The notes under the pieces are model-generated. The model was not told where the DNA came from. It did no database searches and saw nothing but the letters and a program-made list of their open reading frames with translations. From Candidatus Planktophila sp. (GTDB lineage Bacteria > Actinomycetota > Actinomycetes > Nanopelagicales > Nanopelagicaceae), in contig JBIIQY010000001.1 of assembly GCA_044341805.1 (NCBI GenBank), positions 25,874 to 89,873 on the forward strand: a DNA stretch of 64,000 bases, given 5' to 3'. Numbering within the stretch: position 1 is the stretch's first letter; the number at the start of each line of letters is the position of its first letter. Made by a program: the position numbers and the translations under genes. This document shows, one piece after another, positions 39,575-49,888 of this stretch.

Positions 39575-40461
39575 AGCCCTGAATACGTGTGCTTTCCAGT
39601 TCCCCAAATATTTATGTAAACATAGTTAAACAAAAATGTGGAACCAGCAAATAGGCAAAGCCATGCAGCTCGTCGGCCGCGCCAACCAATAGTTACGCGG
39701 GCATGTAAATACGCTGCGTATGCAACCCACGTAATAAAAGCCCAAGTCTCTTTTGGATCCCAACCCCAGTAACGCCCCCAAGCACTTTCTGCCCAAATCG
39801 CTCCTGAAATAACTGAAAATGTCCATAGTGGAAATACAAATGCCACTAGGCGATAAGACAATAGATCAAGTGTCTCTAGCTCTGGCAAACGTTTAGCCCA
39901 TGGTGTTCGCTCGCCCTTTTTCTCCATGCGGTCTAAATACAAGTATGCAGATGCGATTACATTTGAAAGTAAGAACACTCCACCAGAAATAATTGCAGTT
40001 GAAACGTGAATTACTAGCCATTCAGACTTAAGGGCAGGCACCAATGGCGCGCTTGGTACATACAAAACTGTGATGGCAGTTCCAAGAGTTAATAGAACAG
40101 AGACTGAAACCAAAAGTCCCAACCAACGAAGGTCGTACTTTCGAAGCGCCAAAAGATATGCGCCAGAAAAAGCTAAAGCTCCAGTAATTGAGAACTCGTA
40201 CATGTTTCCCCATGGCACTCTTCCGGCAGAAATACCTCGTGCAATTACTCCTGCAAATAGAAGTAGAAAACCTAGAATCATCAATGCAGTCGCAATTCGA
40301 GCAACTTTTTCAGTGCGCTTGTAATCTAATACTGCATTTTTGTCTGTGGGCACTTTTACCGCCCAAGCAGTTTCAATTAAGTGCGCTAGAAATGAGATTG
40401 CATAGACAGCCATCGCTGAGTACACCAAATAATTTGATGCAAAAGCCCACGAACGTGACAT
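39571..40461 (-). CDS. ccsB: Cytochrome c biogenesis protein CcsA/CcsB (ResC)
   Basis: WAESAWGRYWGWDPKETW (WWD domain), PWGNMYE, WLVIH. Confidence 0.95.
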   Translation of the reverse strand: MSRSWAFASNYLVYSAMAVYAISFLAHLIETAWAVKVPTDKNAVLDYKRTEKVARIATALMILGFLLLFAGVIARGISAGRVPWGNMYEFSITGALAFSGAYLLALRKYDLRWLGLLVSVSVLLTLGTAITVLYVPSAPLVPALKSEWLVIHVSTAIISGGVFLLSNVIASAYLYLDRMEKKGERTPWAKRLPELETLDLLSYRLVAFVFPLWTFSVISGAIWAESAWGRYWGWDPKETWAFITWVAYAAYLHARVTIGWRGRRAAWLCLFAGSTFLFNYVYINIWGTGKHTYSGL

Positions 40462-41931
40462 CTATTTCTCTCCCTTTAACATCTTCACAAAACCCTGCAT
40501 TTCAACTTCTAAGCCCGGAGCTGCATTCTTGGCCAACGCCGCAACTTCGACTTGATCTCCTACTCGTATCCAAATCCTTCGTCTGCGAGTAAAGAGAGAA
40601 GCTAGCAACCCAAGGATGGCAACAATACCCCCAAGCAATGCAAGGTGCTTTCCAGGATCTGCCACAAAGTTAAGGTTTACCCATTGCACATAACCTTCAA
40701 AAGTTATTGACCCGCCTTCATATTCATAACTTTCACCAGGCTTTAAACCCTTTAAACCAATCTGCGTCATATCCGTTGTATCAAGTCGATAGACAGATTG
40801 AGGAATTCCTGAGTCCAAACCTAAATCACCGCTCCAAACCGAAAGCAACAAACGTGGATTTAGAGCTTTAGGAAAAGCACTTGCTCCGCCATTTTCTCCA
40901 TCGCGCACATAAGTTGGAAGGAAAGATCCTAAGAATCCAACTTGCGGAACCGCATCTGGAACTTTAATCGCACCGATCGAACGAAGGTTTGCATCTTGCG
41001 GCAAGAAAGTCACGGGACCTTGGAATGCAACATCACCTTTTGAATCTCTAACTGTTACAACTGGTGCATAACCATTGGCTTGTAAGTAGATGCGCGTCAT
41101 TCCAATGGTCATCGGACTATTAACTTTGATTGTTTTCTTTTCTATTTTCGTAGAACCATCTCGAAGTAAAGAAACGTCAAGGGTGTAATCCTCTGGAGCA
41201 CTGGTTTCCAGGTTGTACTGTGCATCAAACTTATCAGCGGTCAACATGAATGTAGGAATATTTGAATCTCGGAAAAGCTTTCCACGCATTAACGTGTCGT
41301 AACTAGTTGAAGTATTAACAAATCGCTCACCAACGTTAATAATTGCTTCACCGCGCATTCCAAAAAGTGAGCTAAAGCTAATTCCTAACAGAATCAAAAT
41401 TAGAGCTAAGTGAAAGAATAGATTTCCAGTCTCGCGAGTAAAACCTTTTTCAGCCGAGATAGAACCATTAGTTTCTAGAACTCTAAAGCGCTTTGACTCA
41501 AACCAGTCGCGAGCAAGGTCAAGTTCATCACCTTGGGCGCTCCACGATTCGTGATGTTCTAAGCGAGATAAATTCTTTGGCGTAGCAGGGGGCAAGGCTC
41601 GCGCAGCCTTAAAGTGTTCAAATGTGCGTGGAAGTACACAACCAATCAGTGAAATAAAAAGCAGAATGTAAATCGCACTAAACCAAGGTGATCCGTAAAC
41701 ATCAAACAAATAGAAGCGATCCATCCAACGTGCTTGTTCTGGTGAATCTTTGAAGTATTGCCCTACCTGAAGTGGGTTTTGAGTTCTTTGTGGGACCAAT
41801 GATCCCGGGATAGCAGCAATACCAACTAGAAGAAGCAGAATTAAAGCTGTCCGCATACTAGTTAGCTGTCTCCACGCGAAGCGAAGCAAGCCAACATTGT
41901 CTAGTTCAGGAATTTGAGTTTGCTGGCTCAT
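40462..41931 (-). CDS. resB: Cytochrome c biogenesis protein ResB
   Basis: LTSMRTALILL, PGSLVPQR, FDVYGSPWF, GNLFFH. Confidence 0.93.
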   Translation of the reverse strand: MSQQTQIPELDNVGLLRFAWRQLTSMRTALILLLLVGIAAIPGSLVPQRTQNPLQVGQYFKDSPEQARWMDRFYLFDVYGSPWFSAIYILLFISLIGCVLPRTFEHFKAARALPPATPKNLSRLEHHESWSAQGDELDLARDWFESKRFRVLETNGSISAEKGFTRETGNLFFHLALILILLGISFSSLFGMRGEAIINVGERFVNTSTSYDTLMRGKLFRDSNIPTFMLTADKFDAQYNLETSAPEDYTLDVSLLRDGSTKIEKKTIKVNSPMTIGMTRIYLQANGYAPVVTVRDSKGDVAFQGPVTFLPQDANLRSIGAIKVPDAVPQVGFLGSFLPTYVRDGENGGASAFPKALNPRLLLSVWSGDLGLDSGIPQSVYRLDTTDMTQIGLKGLKPGESYEYEGGSITFEGYVQWVNLNFVADPGKHLALLGGIVAILGLLASLFTRRRRIWIRVGDQVEVAALAKNAAPGLEVEMQGFVKMLKGEK

Positions 41932-42656
41932 TAGATCACCGGAATAAAGTCAGAGATTACAGATCGCATTGAGTTCATTATCTGACTCCAGAAACCTAAA
42001 ACTTGCATCAAACCAATCGCAATCAGGAATACTCCACCAATTTTCGAGATTACATCACCGCGGCGGTAAATCAATGAACGAAGCTTTGCCGACTTATCTA
42101 ATGACAATCCTGACAAAATAAATGGAAGCCCTAAACCTAGGCAATAACCAAATGACAAAATCGCTCCACGTACCGCGCTTGATTCTTGAAAAGCCAAAGT
42201 TTGAACCGCAGCAAGTGCGGGTCCGATACATGGCGTCCAACCAATTCCAAAAAGAATACCGAGCATCGGCGCACCCAATAGGCCACCGGTTGTCCGCATC
42301 TTTGGACGAATCGTTGGTGAAAATGGAAAGCGACCATAAAAAACAAAACCAAGGAAAATGGTCAAAATTCCTAATATTCTCGAAATCAATTCTTCATTTG
42401 CAGAGAGTTGATTTCCTAGGCCGCCAAATACTGCGCCATATGAAACAAAGACCAAACTAAAACCTAAAACAAATAACACTGAGCCAAGCAATACCTTGCC
42501 ACGGCTGGCGGAAAATCCTGCAGCAAAAGATAGATAGCCCGGAACAAGTGGCAGGACACAAGGAGAAAGAAATGAAATTACGCCGGCGATAAATGCGAAG
42601 GGAAAAGCCGTGACTACAAAGCCCGAAAAGATTTGCTCGACAAAGAACTCTCTCAT
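41931..42656 (-). CDS. ccdA: Cytochrome c biogenesis protein CcdA
   Basis: SFLSPCVLPLVPGY, GWTPCIGP. Confidence 0.95.
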   Translation of the reverse strand: MREFFVEQIFSGFVVTAFPFAFIAGVISFLSPCVLPLVPGYLSFAAGFSASRGKVLLGSVLFVLGFSLVFVSYGAVFGGLGNQLSANEELISRILGILTIFLGFVFYGRFPFSPTIRPKMRTTGGLLGAPMLGILFGIGWTPCIGPALAAVQTLAFQESSAVRGAILSFGYCLGLGLPFILSGLSLDKSAKLRSLIYRRGDVISKIGGVFLIAIGLMQVLGFWSQIMNSMRSVISDFIPVI

Positions 42657-43189
42657 TCTGCAGCGACCTTCTCAATCAATTCAGAAAGTGATGCGACCGT
42701 AACAACGCCAGAGATTCTGGCAGCAACCAGCCCCGATTTATCCAGAATGACTGTCGTGGGAATTGCATTTGCCGGTAATGAGCCTTTAAAACCAAGCAGA
42801 ATTGAGTCATCAATAACTGTTGGGTAAGGAATATTAAATCTACGTTCGAAAGCTTCAGCGTTAGCTGGATTATCGCGAGTCAGGATTCCAATGAAGGCAA
42901 CATCTGTATATTTGTTTGCCAAAGCAACCAAGGTTGGAGCTTCTGCGCGACAAGGTGAACACCATGACGCCCAAACATTAACCACAGCAACTCGGTCTTT
43001 GTTGTATGTGTAATTCTCTCCGGACAAGGTCATTCCAGTAATTGCAGGTGCAATCTTTCGATCTGAAATCTTGATGAATGTCGTAGATCCATCACCTGAG
43101 ACAAAACTTTCTTCAGAAGTTGAACTGCCGCCGCCGCCACATGCCGTTAATGCGAATGCGAGCACCAAGAATGCGGCGAATCTTTTCAT
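42653..43189 (-). CDS. TlpA/ResA thiol-disulfide oxidoreductase lipoprotein
   Basis: Lipobox LTAC, NVWASWCSPCRAE, IPTT. Confidence 0.93.
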   Translation of the reverse strand: MKRFAAFLVLAFALTACGGGGSSTSEESFVSGDGSTTFIKISDRKIAPAITGMTLSGENYTYNKDRVAVVNVWASWCSPCRAEAPTLVALANKYTDVAFIGILTRDNPANAEAFERRFNIPYPTVIDDSILLGFKGSLPANAIPTTVILDKSGLVAARISGVVTVASLSELIEKVAAE

Positions 43190-43812
43190 TACTTCTTCTC
43201 AGGCAATAAATGGCCAGCAGGCTCTGAATATGAAAGACCAGAAATCATTCCTTCGTCATCAAAGTGAACACTTGTCACAGATGCCAAGCTGCACTCTCGT
43301 TTACGAGGATCATGAAGTAGCCGACGATTTTCAATTGCACTTCTTAAGATCCAGATAGGAAGTTGGTGAGATACACAAATTGCATCTTTACCATTGGCAG
43401 CTTTGTTTGCTGCAAAGATTGCTGCAAGCATCCGAGAGATCTGTTCCTCGTATGGTTCTCCCCACGAAGGTTTCCAGGGATTCCACAAATGTTTCCACGC
43501 TGCGGGATGACGCAAAACTCCATCACCAACTCCAAATGGTTTTCCTTCAAAAATGTTTGCTGCTTCAATTAAACGATCGTCTGTAGTAATCGAAATGTTG
43601 TGCGCGGCGGCAATAGGTGCTGCGGTTTCTTGAGCACGCTGAAGGGGTGAGACGTGAAGAGCACCTAGATTTAAACTCTTAGACCATTCGCCGATTGTTT
43701 GTGCCATCTCTTGCCCACGCTCAGACAATCTCCAACCAGGCTGGCGACCATACAAAATCTTGTCAGGATTATGGACTTCACCATGACGAACTACATGCAC
43801 CGTTGAACTCAT
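43189..43812 (-). CDS. Histidine phosphatase (phosphoglycerate mutase family)
   Basis: VRHGEV, SPLQRAQET, VSHQ; leaderless TATGCT-N6-ATG. Confidence 0.92.
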   Translation of the reverse strand: MSSTVHVVRHGEVHNPDKILYGRQPGWRLSERGQEMAQTIGEWSKSLNLGALHVSPLQRAQETAAPIAAAHNISITTDDRLIEAANIFEGKPFGVGDGVLRHPAAWKHLWNPWKPSWGEPYEEQISRMLAAIFAANKAANGKDAICVSHQLPIWILRSAIENRRLLHDPRKRECSLASVTSVHFDDEGMISGLSYSEPAGHLLPEKK

Positions 43813-43862
43813 TGGTAAAGCATAAAGCGTCCCTAAAGCACTTCTCTCGCTAAGGTAGTGAC

Positions 43863-44630
43863 ATGGCACTCACGAGCAAACGGGCTGCCTTCTTTGATGT
43901 CGATAACACGCTTATCCGCGGTTCAGTAATTTACTTCTTGGGCCGAGGTATGTATCAGCGTGGTTACTTCACCAAGAAGGATATTTCTCGATTTGTTTTA
44001 GCCAACCTGAGATTTCGCTTAACGGGCAAAGAGAACACCGAAGAGATCCAAAGATTTCAAGATGCCGCGACAGATTTCATTGGTGGGCACAACGTAAAAG
44101 ATATCGAAGCAATTGCTCAAGAAATTTATGATGAATATGTTTCGCCAGCAATTTGGCAAGGAACAATTGATATTGCTCAATCTTTAGTTGCCGAAGGCAT
44201 TGAAGTCTATTTAGTTACAGCGGCTCCAGAAGATATGGCAGTGATCATCGCGGAACGTTTAGGTCTGACAGGTGCGCTTGGCAGTAAAGCAGAAATTAGC
44301 GATGGGATTTATACCGGTCGTATGAATGGTGCGTTGTTGCACGGCAAAGAGAAAGCGGTTGCAGTTACCCAGCTTGCAAAAGAAAAGGGCTTTGATTTAA
44401 CTGAATGTCTAGCTTTTTCAGATAGCAATAATGATCTTCCGCTCTTGCAATGTGTTGGACATCCATCAGCAATTAATCCCGATGCCCTGCTTGGTTTGCG
44501 TGCAATGGCAGAGGGTTGGCCGATCCACGATTTTCGTAAGGCACGATTTATTGGTAAAGCTATCTCGCCAATTGTTGTTCGACTGGCAGCTCTTGGAACC
44601 TGGCTTACCCCGCGTAAACGTAGAGGCTAA
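43863..44630 (+). CDS. HAD-IB family hydrolase (SerB-like)
   Basis: FFDVDNT, VTA, K, SDSNNDLP, NPD. Confidence 0.92.
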   Translation: MALTSKRAAFFDVDNTLIRGSVIYFLGRGMYQRGYFTKKDISRFVLANLRFRLTGKENTEEIQRFQDAATDFIGGHNVKDIEAIAQEIYDEYVSPAIWQGTIDIAQSLVAEGIEVYLVTAAPEDMAVIIAERLGLTGALGSKAEISDGIYTGRMNGALLHGKEKAVAVTQLAKEKGFDLTECLAFSDSNNDLPLLQCVGHPSAINPDALLGLRAMAEGWPIHDFRKARFIGKAISPIVVRLAALGTWLTPRKRRG

Positions 44631-44670
44631 TTAACAAGAACACCCAATATGCCAGTAATGTAGGCAAGTT

Positions 44671-46866
44671 ATGGAAATGCGCTCCTTCTCCGACTACTTA
44701 CGTAGCGTTGATGATGCTGCCTTCTTAAATCTTTTCAACACACGACCTGATCTGATTACCCCGGTACCTTCTGACATTGCATCCCTTGCGGTTCGTGCCT
44801 GTTCTGCGCCAAGTCTTGCGCGAGCGATTGATTCGCTCAACCAATGGCAGTACCAAGTACTAGAAGCTGCTGCATCCATCAATGAACCTTTCACCGAAAA
44901 ACAAGTCGTGGCATTGACCGAAAAAGAAGCGAAATCTGCGCTAGCTCATTTGGTAATGATTGGTTTGATCTATCCATCAGATGATGGAATGCGCTTACCT
45001 ACACAATTACGCGAAGTAATGGGTGCAGAGCCAGCAGGTCTTGGGCCATCATCCTTAGCAAAACTGAAATTGAGTGAGATCGATGATGCACCAGCGGATG
45101 CAAAGAAAGTTTTGGAGCGATTAACGTGGGGACCTCCACGTGGCAGTGTTGGTGATATTAAAAATCCAGGTCCTGGAGTTGCTTGGCTTCTTGATCAAAA
45201 GTTCTTAGTTCCACTTGATCAGCGAACAGTGATCTTGACCCGCGAAGTTGCAATTCATCTTCGTGGAGGAAAAGTTCATAAAGAGCGATTTGTTAATCAG
45301 CCGAAGTTGAGCGGTAGTAAGCGCGATGAAAAACAAGTAAATCTTGCAGCAATTGCAAATGTTTCAACTGTGCTTCGTTGGGTTGAAGAGTTACTTAACT
45401 TCTGGGCAGATGAACCTGCCGATGCATTAAGAGCAGGTGGTCTTGGTGTTAGAGAACTGAAAATTATTTCAAATCACTTAGGTGTCGATGAATCTTGTAC
45501 AGCTTTCATTGCAGAACTTGCCTACCTTGCATCACTTGTAAGTATTGATGCGGATGAAAGAATTTTACCAAGCAACAAATTTGATATCTGGTTGATGCAA
45601 ACTCCGGCCGATCGTTGGCAAATGTTGGCATCTCAGTGGTTGATTACCTCGCGTGTAAGTGGATTAGTAGGTCGAGCAGAGGCCAAAAATGTTGCCGCAC
45701 TTGGCCCAGAACTTGACCGAGTTAATGCCGCTCGTGTGCGCGCTTTAACGCTAGATCTCTTGCGTGAAAACATAGGTATTGCTCCAGAATGGAAGAGTTT
45801 CAAAGAGGTTATCTCTTGGCGGGCTCCTGTGCGTAGAAACTCTTCCTTGCAAGAAGAGTTAGCTGAATGGACGCTGCGAGAAGCCGAATGGTTGGGCATT
45901 ACCGGTCAAGGTGCGATCTCTAAGTTTGGTCTGGAATTTCTGAACGGTGATGATCTCAGTTCAATAAACGAGGATCTTCCAAAGACAGTTGATCACATTT
46001 TGATTCAAAGCGATAACACCGCAATTGCGCCGGGACCATTAGAGCACGAGATTTCTCAAGCGCTAGCAATGATGGCTGAAATTGAAAGTCGCGGAGGCGC
46101 AACTGTTTATCGATTTACCGAAGCAACAATTCGTCGGGCTTTAGATCATGGCAAAACTGGTGATGAGATTAAGAGTTTTCTTGTTAAGACTTCAAAAACA
46201 CCAATGCCACAACCTCTTGAATATCTGATTGCCGATGTTGCAAAAAAGCATGGAAAACTTCGCGTTGGAAACACATCATCATTTATTCGCTGCGAAGATA
46301 CAGCTTTAATTTCTCAAATCATGAATGACAAAAAATTAGAAATATTGTCTTTGCGACGCATCGCACCCGAAGTTGTTATCTGCGACATGGATGCAACCGA
46401 TGCGATGCGAGTCTTAAGAGAAACAGGTTACTTGCCTGCCGGTGAGTCGGCCAGCGGAATGGTGTTGACCGGACCGAAATCAAACCGATCAATTGCTAAG
46501 CCAAGACCACCACGCATAATTGGTGAAATTGAAACTCCAACAGAAGATGCAATTAGTGCGGCAATCCGAGTTTTACGCACCGGCGAAAAATCAACACATC
46601 GCCAATCTAAACTTCGCCAAGTTGCCAGTGAAGCTTTAGGGCAGCTGCCGCGAACAACTGCAAATGAAACTATGGAAATTCTTAATCAATTCATCACTGA
46701 TGAAAAAACCCTGTCTATCGGTTATGCCGATAACAATGGTGGAGTTACGCATCGAATAATCGATCCGATCCGCATTAGCGCTGGGGCCTTAATTGCCAAG
46801 GATCATGCAACGGGCGAGGTCCAATCCTTCAGAATTCCACGCATCACCGGCGTAGCACCGCTATAG
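44671..46866 (+). CDS. Helicase-associated domain protein with C-terminal WYL-like region (Rv0862c-like partner of XPB)
   Basis: RPDL, LRAGGLGVRELK, QSDNTAIAPGPL, ESRGGATVYRF, PQPLEYLI, C-terminal IGYAD...RIIDP...FRIPRI. Confidence 0.85.
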   Translation: MEMRSFSDYLRSVDDAAFLNLFNTRPDLITPVPSDIASLAVRACSAPSLARAIDSLNQWQYQVLEAAASINEPFTEKQVVALTEKEAKSALAHLVMIGLIYPSDDGMRLPTQLREVMGAEPAGLGPSSLAKLKLSEIDDAPADAKKVLERLTWGPPRGSVGDIKNPGPGVAWLLDQKFLVPLDQRTVILTREVAIHLRGGKVHKERFVNQPKLSGSKRDEKQVNLAAIANVSTVLRWVEELLNFWADEPADALRAGGLGVRELKIISNHLGVDESCTAFIAELAYLASLVSIDADERILPSNKFDIWLMQTPADRWQMLASQWLITSRVSGLVGRAEAKNVAALGPELDRVNAARVRALTLDLLRENIGIAPEWKSFKEVISWRAPVRRNSSLQEELAEWTLREAEWLGITGQGAISKFGLEFLNGDDLSSINEDLPKTVDHILIQSDNTAIAPGPLEHEISQALAMMAEIESRGGATVYRFTEATIRRALDHGKTGDEIKSFLVKTSKTPMPQPLEYLIADVAKKHGKLRVGNTSSFIRCEDTALISQIMNDKKLEILSLRRIAPEVVICDMDATDAMRVLRETGYLPAGESASGMVLTGPKSNRSIAKPRPPRIIGEIETPTEDAISAAIRVLRTGEKSTHRQSKLRQVASEALGQLPRTTANETMEILNQFITDEKTLSIGYADNNGGVTHRIIDPIRISAGALIAKDHATGEVQSFRIPRITGVAPL

Positions 46867-46875
46867 ACTTATCCC

Positions 46876-47937
46876 ATGTTGGCCGACCTCGAAGCGTTAG
46901 TTAAGTTGGAATCACCAACTGAAGATCTTCAGGCATGCCGCGATGTCATCGCATTGGCAAATGACATTGCAGCACGCGTCTTAGGAAAGTCCGCTGAAAT
47001 CCGTGAAGTAAATGGTCGTCCTGTTTTTTGGTGGGGTTCTTCAACTCCTGATGTAATCGTGCTTGCACATTTAGATACGGTGTGGCCAAAGGGTTCATTT
47101 CAACCTTTGTGGCAGGTAGATGGCATTGCTGCACGTGGCCCAGGAGTTTTCGATATGAAGGCAGGATTCATTCAAGCTTTGTATGCGATGAAGGGAATCA
47201 CTGGCAACGCCGCGCTCATTGCAACAACCGATGAAGAAACTGGTAGCGCAACCAGTAAAGAGTTCATCAAAGAGATTTCTGCAAAAGCAAAAGCTGTCTT
47301 GGTTTTAGAGGCAACTCTTAATGGAAAAGTTAAGACCGGAAGAAAAGGTACAGCGATGTACCAAGTCAAAATTCATGGCAAGGCTTCACATGCAGGTCTG
47401 GAACCAGAAAAGGGCGTTAACGCAACAACTGAAATTGCACATGCGGTTTTAGCAATTGCAGCCATGGAGAATCCAGAGCACGGAACAACAGTTGTTCCAA
47501 CAACTTTACGTGCCGGAAATACAACAAACACTGTTCCCGATTTAGCTGTACTAGATATTGATATTCGTTCTTATTCAATGGCAGATCTGCAACGTGTAGA
47601 TGCTGCAATCAAAGCTTTGAAACCAGTAAATGCAGCTACTCGTTATGAAGTTACCGGTGGTTTCAATCGCCCCCCACTAGAAACTTCAGCAACTATGGCT
47701 TTATACGAGCGTGCTGAAAAAGTTGCTCAGTCACTTGGAATGCCACCATTGGGCCATGTATCCGTGGGCGGTGCGAGTGATGGAAACTTTGCTGCAGCTG
47801 CGGGCGCACAAGTTCTAGATGGTCTGGGTGCAGTTGGAGATGGAGCGCACGCCGCGCATGAATGGGTAGACATCAGTACCCTTGAAGATCGCAGCAAACT
47901 ATTACATGCGCTAATAAAGGATTTACTTAATGACTGA
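46876..47937 (+). CDS. M20 family metallopeptidase (carboxypeptidase G2-like)
   Basis: HLDTV, GPGVFDMKAG, DEETG, HAG, GASDGN, GAHA. Confidence 0.9.
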   Translation: MLADLEALVKLESPTEDLQACRDVIALANDIAARVLGKSAEIREVNGRPVFWWGSSTPDVIVLAHLDTVWPKGSFQPLWQVDGIAARGPGVFDMKAGFIQALYAMKGITGNAALIATTDEETGSATSKEFIKEISAKAKAVLVLEATLNGKVKTGRKGTAMYQVKIHGKASHAGLEPEKGVNATTEIAHAVLAIAAMENPEHGTTVVPTTLRAGNTTNTVPDLAVLDIDIRSYSMADLQRVDAAIKALKPVNAATRYEVTGGFNRPPLETSATMALYERAEKVAQSLGMPPLGHVSVGGASDGNFAAAAGAQVLDGLGAVGDGAHAAHEWVDISTLEDRSKLLHALIKDLLND

Positions 47938-49579
47938 TGGTCCACTAATTGTTCAGAGCGACAAGACGCTTCTGCTCGATATCGACCATCCAATGTCAGT
48001 TGAATGTCGTCGAGCAATCGCTCCATTTGCCGAGTTAGAGCGCTCCCCCGAACACATTCATACTTATCGTTTGACTCCACTTGGATTGTGGAACGCACGT
48101 GCTGCAGGACATGATGCAGAGCAGGTCATTGACACCTTGATTAAGTATTCAAGGTATGCCGTACCTCATTCAATTCTGATTGATGTTGCCGAAACAATGT
48201 CAAGGTATGGACGCTTGCGACTTGAAATGGATCCAGTTCATGGATTGATTTTGATAACAACCGATACTGCAGTTTTAGAAGAAGTAATTCGAGCAAAGAA
48301 AATAGCTCCGCTGCTTGGCGCACGCATTGATGCTGAAACAATTACCGTCCTGCCAAGTCAACGCGGTCAGATCAAGCAATCACTCTTGCGTCTGGGTTGG
48401 CCAGCTGAAGACTTCGCGGGCTACGTAGATGGACAAGCTCATGAGATTAGTTTGGTGCAAAAGGATTGGAAGATTCGTCCGTACCAAGAGTTAGCTGCTG
48501 AAGGATTCTGGCATGGTGGTTCAGGTGTAGTTGTTCTTCCGTGTGGTGCAGGAAAAACAATTGTCGGAGCCGCCGCCATGGCACACGCCAAGGCAACAAC
48601 GTTGATCTTGGTAACCAACACTGTTGCTGCACGTCAATGGCGTGATGAATTACTAAAGCGCACTACCTTAAATGAGGATGAAATTGGCGAGTATTCAGGT
48701 TCAAAGAAAGAGATTCGCCCTGTAACTATTGCTACTTACCAAGTTATGACAAAGAAAAAGAATGGCGTTTATGCCCACTTAGATCTCTTTGATTCATATG
48801 ACTGGGGTTTGATTATTTATGATGAAGTTCATCTACTGCCTGCTCCAATCTTCCGTTTTACTGCAGACATTCAATCTCGCCGCCGTTTAGGTCTGACCGC
48901 AACTTTGGTAAGAGAAGATGGCATGGAAGGTGAAGTCTTCTCACTTATTGGTCCCAAAAGATTTGATGTCCCTTGGAAAGAGATCGAAGCGCAGGGCTAT
49001 ATAGCTCCGGCTGAATGCATTGAAGTTCGAGTAAATCTGACTGAAACTGAGCGGCTAGCGTATGCAACTGCCGAACCCGAGAACCGCTACAGAAACTGTG
49101 CGACTACACGCACAAAGCGTGATGTAGTTGAAGCCCTGGTTGAAAAACACGTTGATGATCAGGTCTTGGTAATTGGCCAATACATCGATCAACTAGATGA
49201 GTTGTCCGAAGTTCTAGGTGCACCTTTGATTAAAGGTGAAACGCCCATTAAAGAGCGAGAGATTCTATTCAATAAGTTTAGAACTGGCGAGATTAAGTGT
49301 TTGGTAGTTTCTAAAGTAGCGAACTTTTCGATTGATTTACCAGATGCAACCATTGCAATTCAGGTCTCAGGTGCATTTGGTAGCCGTCAAGAAGAAGCAC
49401 AACGTTTAGGTCGAATCCTGCGTCCTAAATCAGATGGCCGCGGGGCTAAGTTTTATTCTGTAATTTCACGTGACACTATCGATCAAGATTTTGCACAGAA
49501 TCGTCAGCGCTTTTTAGCTGAACAAGGTTATTCTTACAAAATTATTGACGCTGACGATGTTTTTCAAGGGAAGATCTAA
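47930..49579 (+). CDS. xpb: DNA repair helicase XPB
   Basis: LPCGAGKT, DEVH, GLTATLVRED, SRQEEAQRLGRILR. Confidence 0.95.
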   Translation: MTDGPLIVQSDKTLLLDIDHPMSVECRRAIAPFAELERSPEHIHTYRLTPLGLWNARAAGHDAEQVIDTLIKYSRYAVPHSILIDVAETMSRYGRLRLEMDPVHGLILITTDTAVLEEVIRAKKIAPLLGARIDAETITVLPSQRGQIKQSLLRLGWPAEDFAGYVDGQAHEISLVQKDWKIRPYQELAAEGFWHGGSGVVVLPCGAGKTIVGAAAMAHAKATTLILVTNTVAARQWRDELLKRTTLNEDEIGEYSGSKKEIRPVTIATYQVMTKKKNGVYAHLDLFDSYDWGLIIYDEVHLLPAPIFRFTADIQSRRRLGLTATLVREDGMEGEVFSLIGPKRFDVPWKEIEAQGYIAPAECIEVRVNLTETERLAYATAEPENRYRNCATTRTKRDVVEALVEKHVDDQVLVIGQYIDQLDELSEVLGAPLIKGETPIKEREILFNKFRTGEIKCLVVSKVANFSIDLPDATIAIQVSGAFGSRQEEAQRLGRILRPKSDGRGAKFYSVISRDTIDQDFAQNRQRFLAEQGYSYKIIDADDVFQGKI

Positions 49580-49793
49580 ATCTTTCTGGATCTACTCGCC
49601 AATAATCATGGTGAATTCCATCAATGTGTGTAACGGGAATCTGTTCTCCATATAAAGCTTGTAACTCTTCGTTTCCATCAATCAGAATTTCTTCAATTTC
49701 AAAATTCAATTCAGCTTTAAGGGACTGTAAAACCTTTAATGCATCTTCACAAAGATGGCAACCAGTTCGGCCATAAATTGTCACGATGGTCAT
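49542..49793 (-). CDS. Glutaredoxin-like protein (DUF836 type)
   Basis: GCHLC, YGEQIPV, WRVD. Confidence 0.88.
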   Translation of the reverse strand: MTIVTIYGRTGCHLCEDALKVLQSLKAELNFEIEEILIDGNEELQALYGEQIPVTHIDGIHHDYWRVDPERFRSSLEKHRQRQ

Positions 49794-49888
49794 TAATTCG
49801 CCCTTTCGACCCTGCTAATTTGCATAGAGAATTGGTATTTCCTACCCCTGACCTTAAACCACGCTTAGAGCCCTGATAGCGTGTGACC

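Noticed and set aside
44671-49579. WYL-domain + helicase locus as an anti-phage defence system
   Set aside because: It matches the widely conserved actinobacterial Rv0862c-XPB repair pair and has no nuclease, methylase or toxin neighbours
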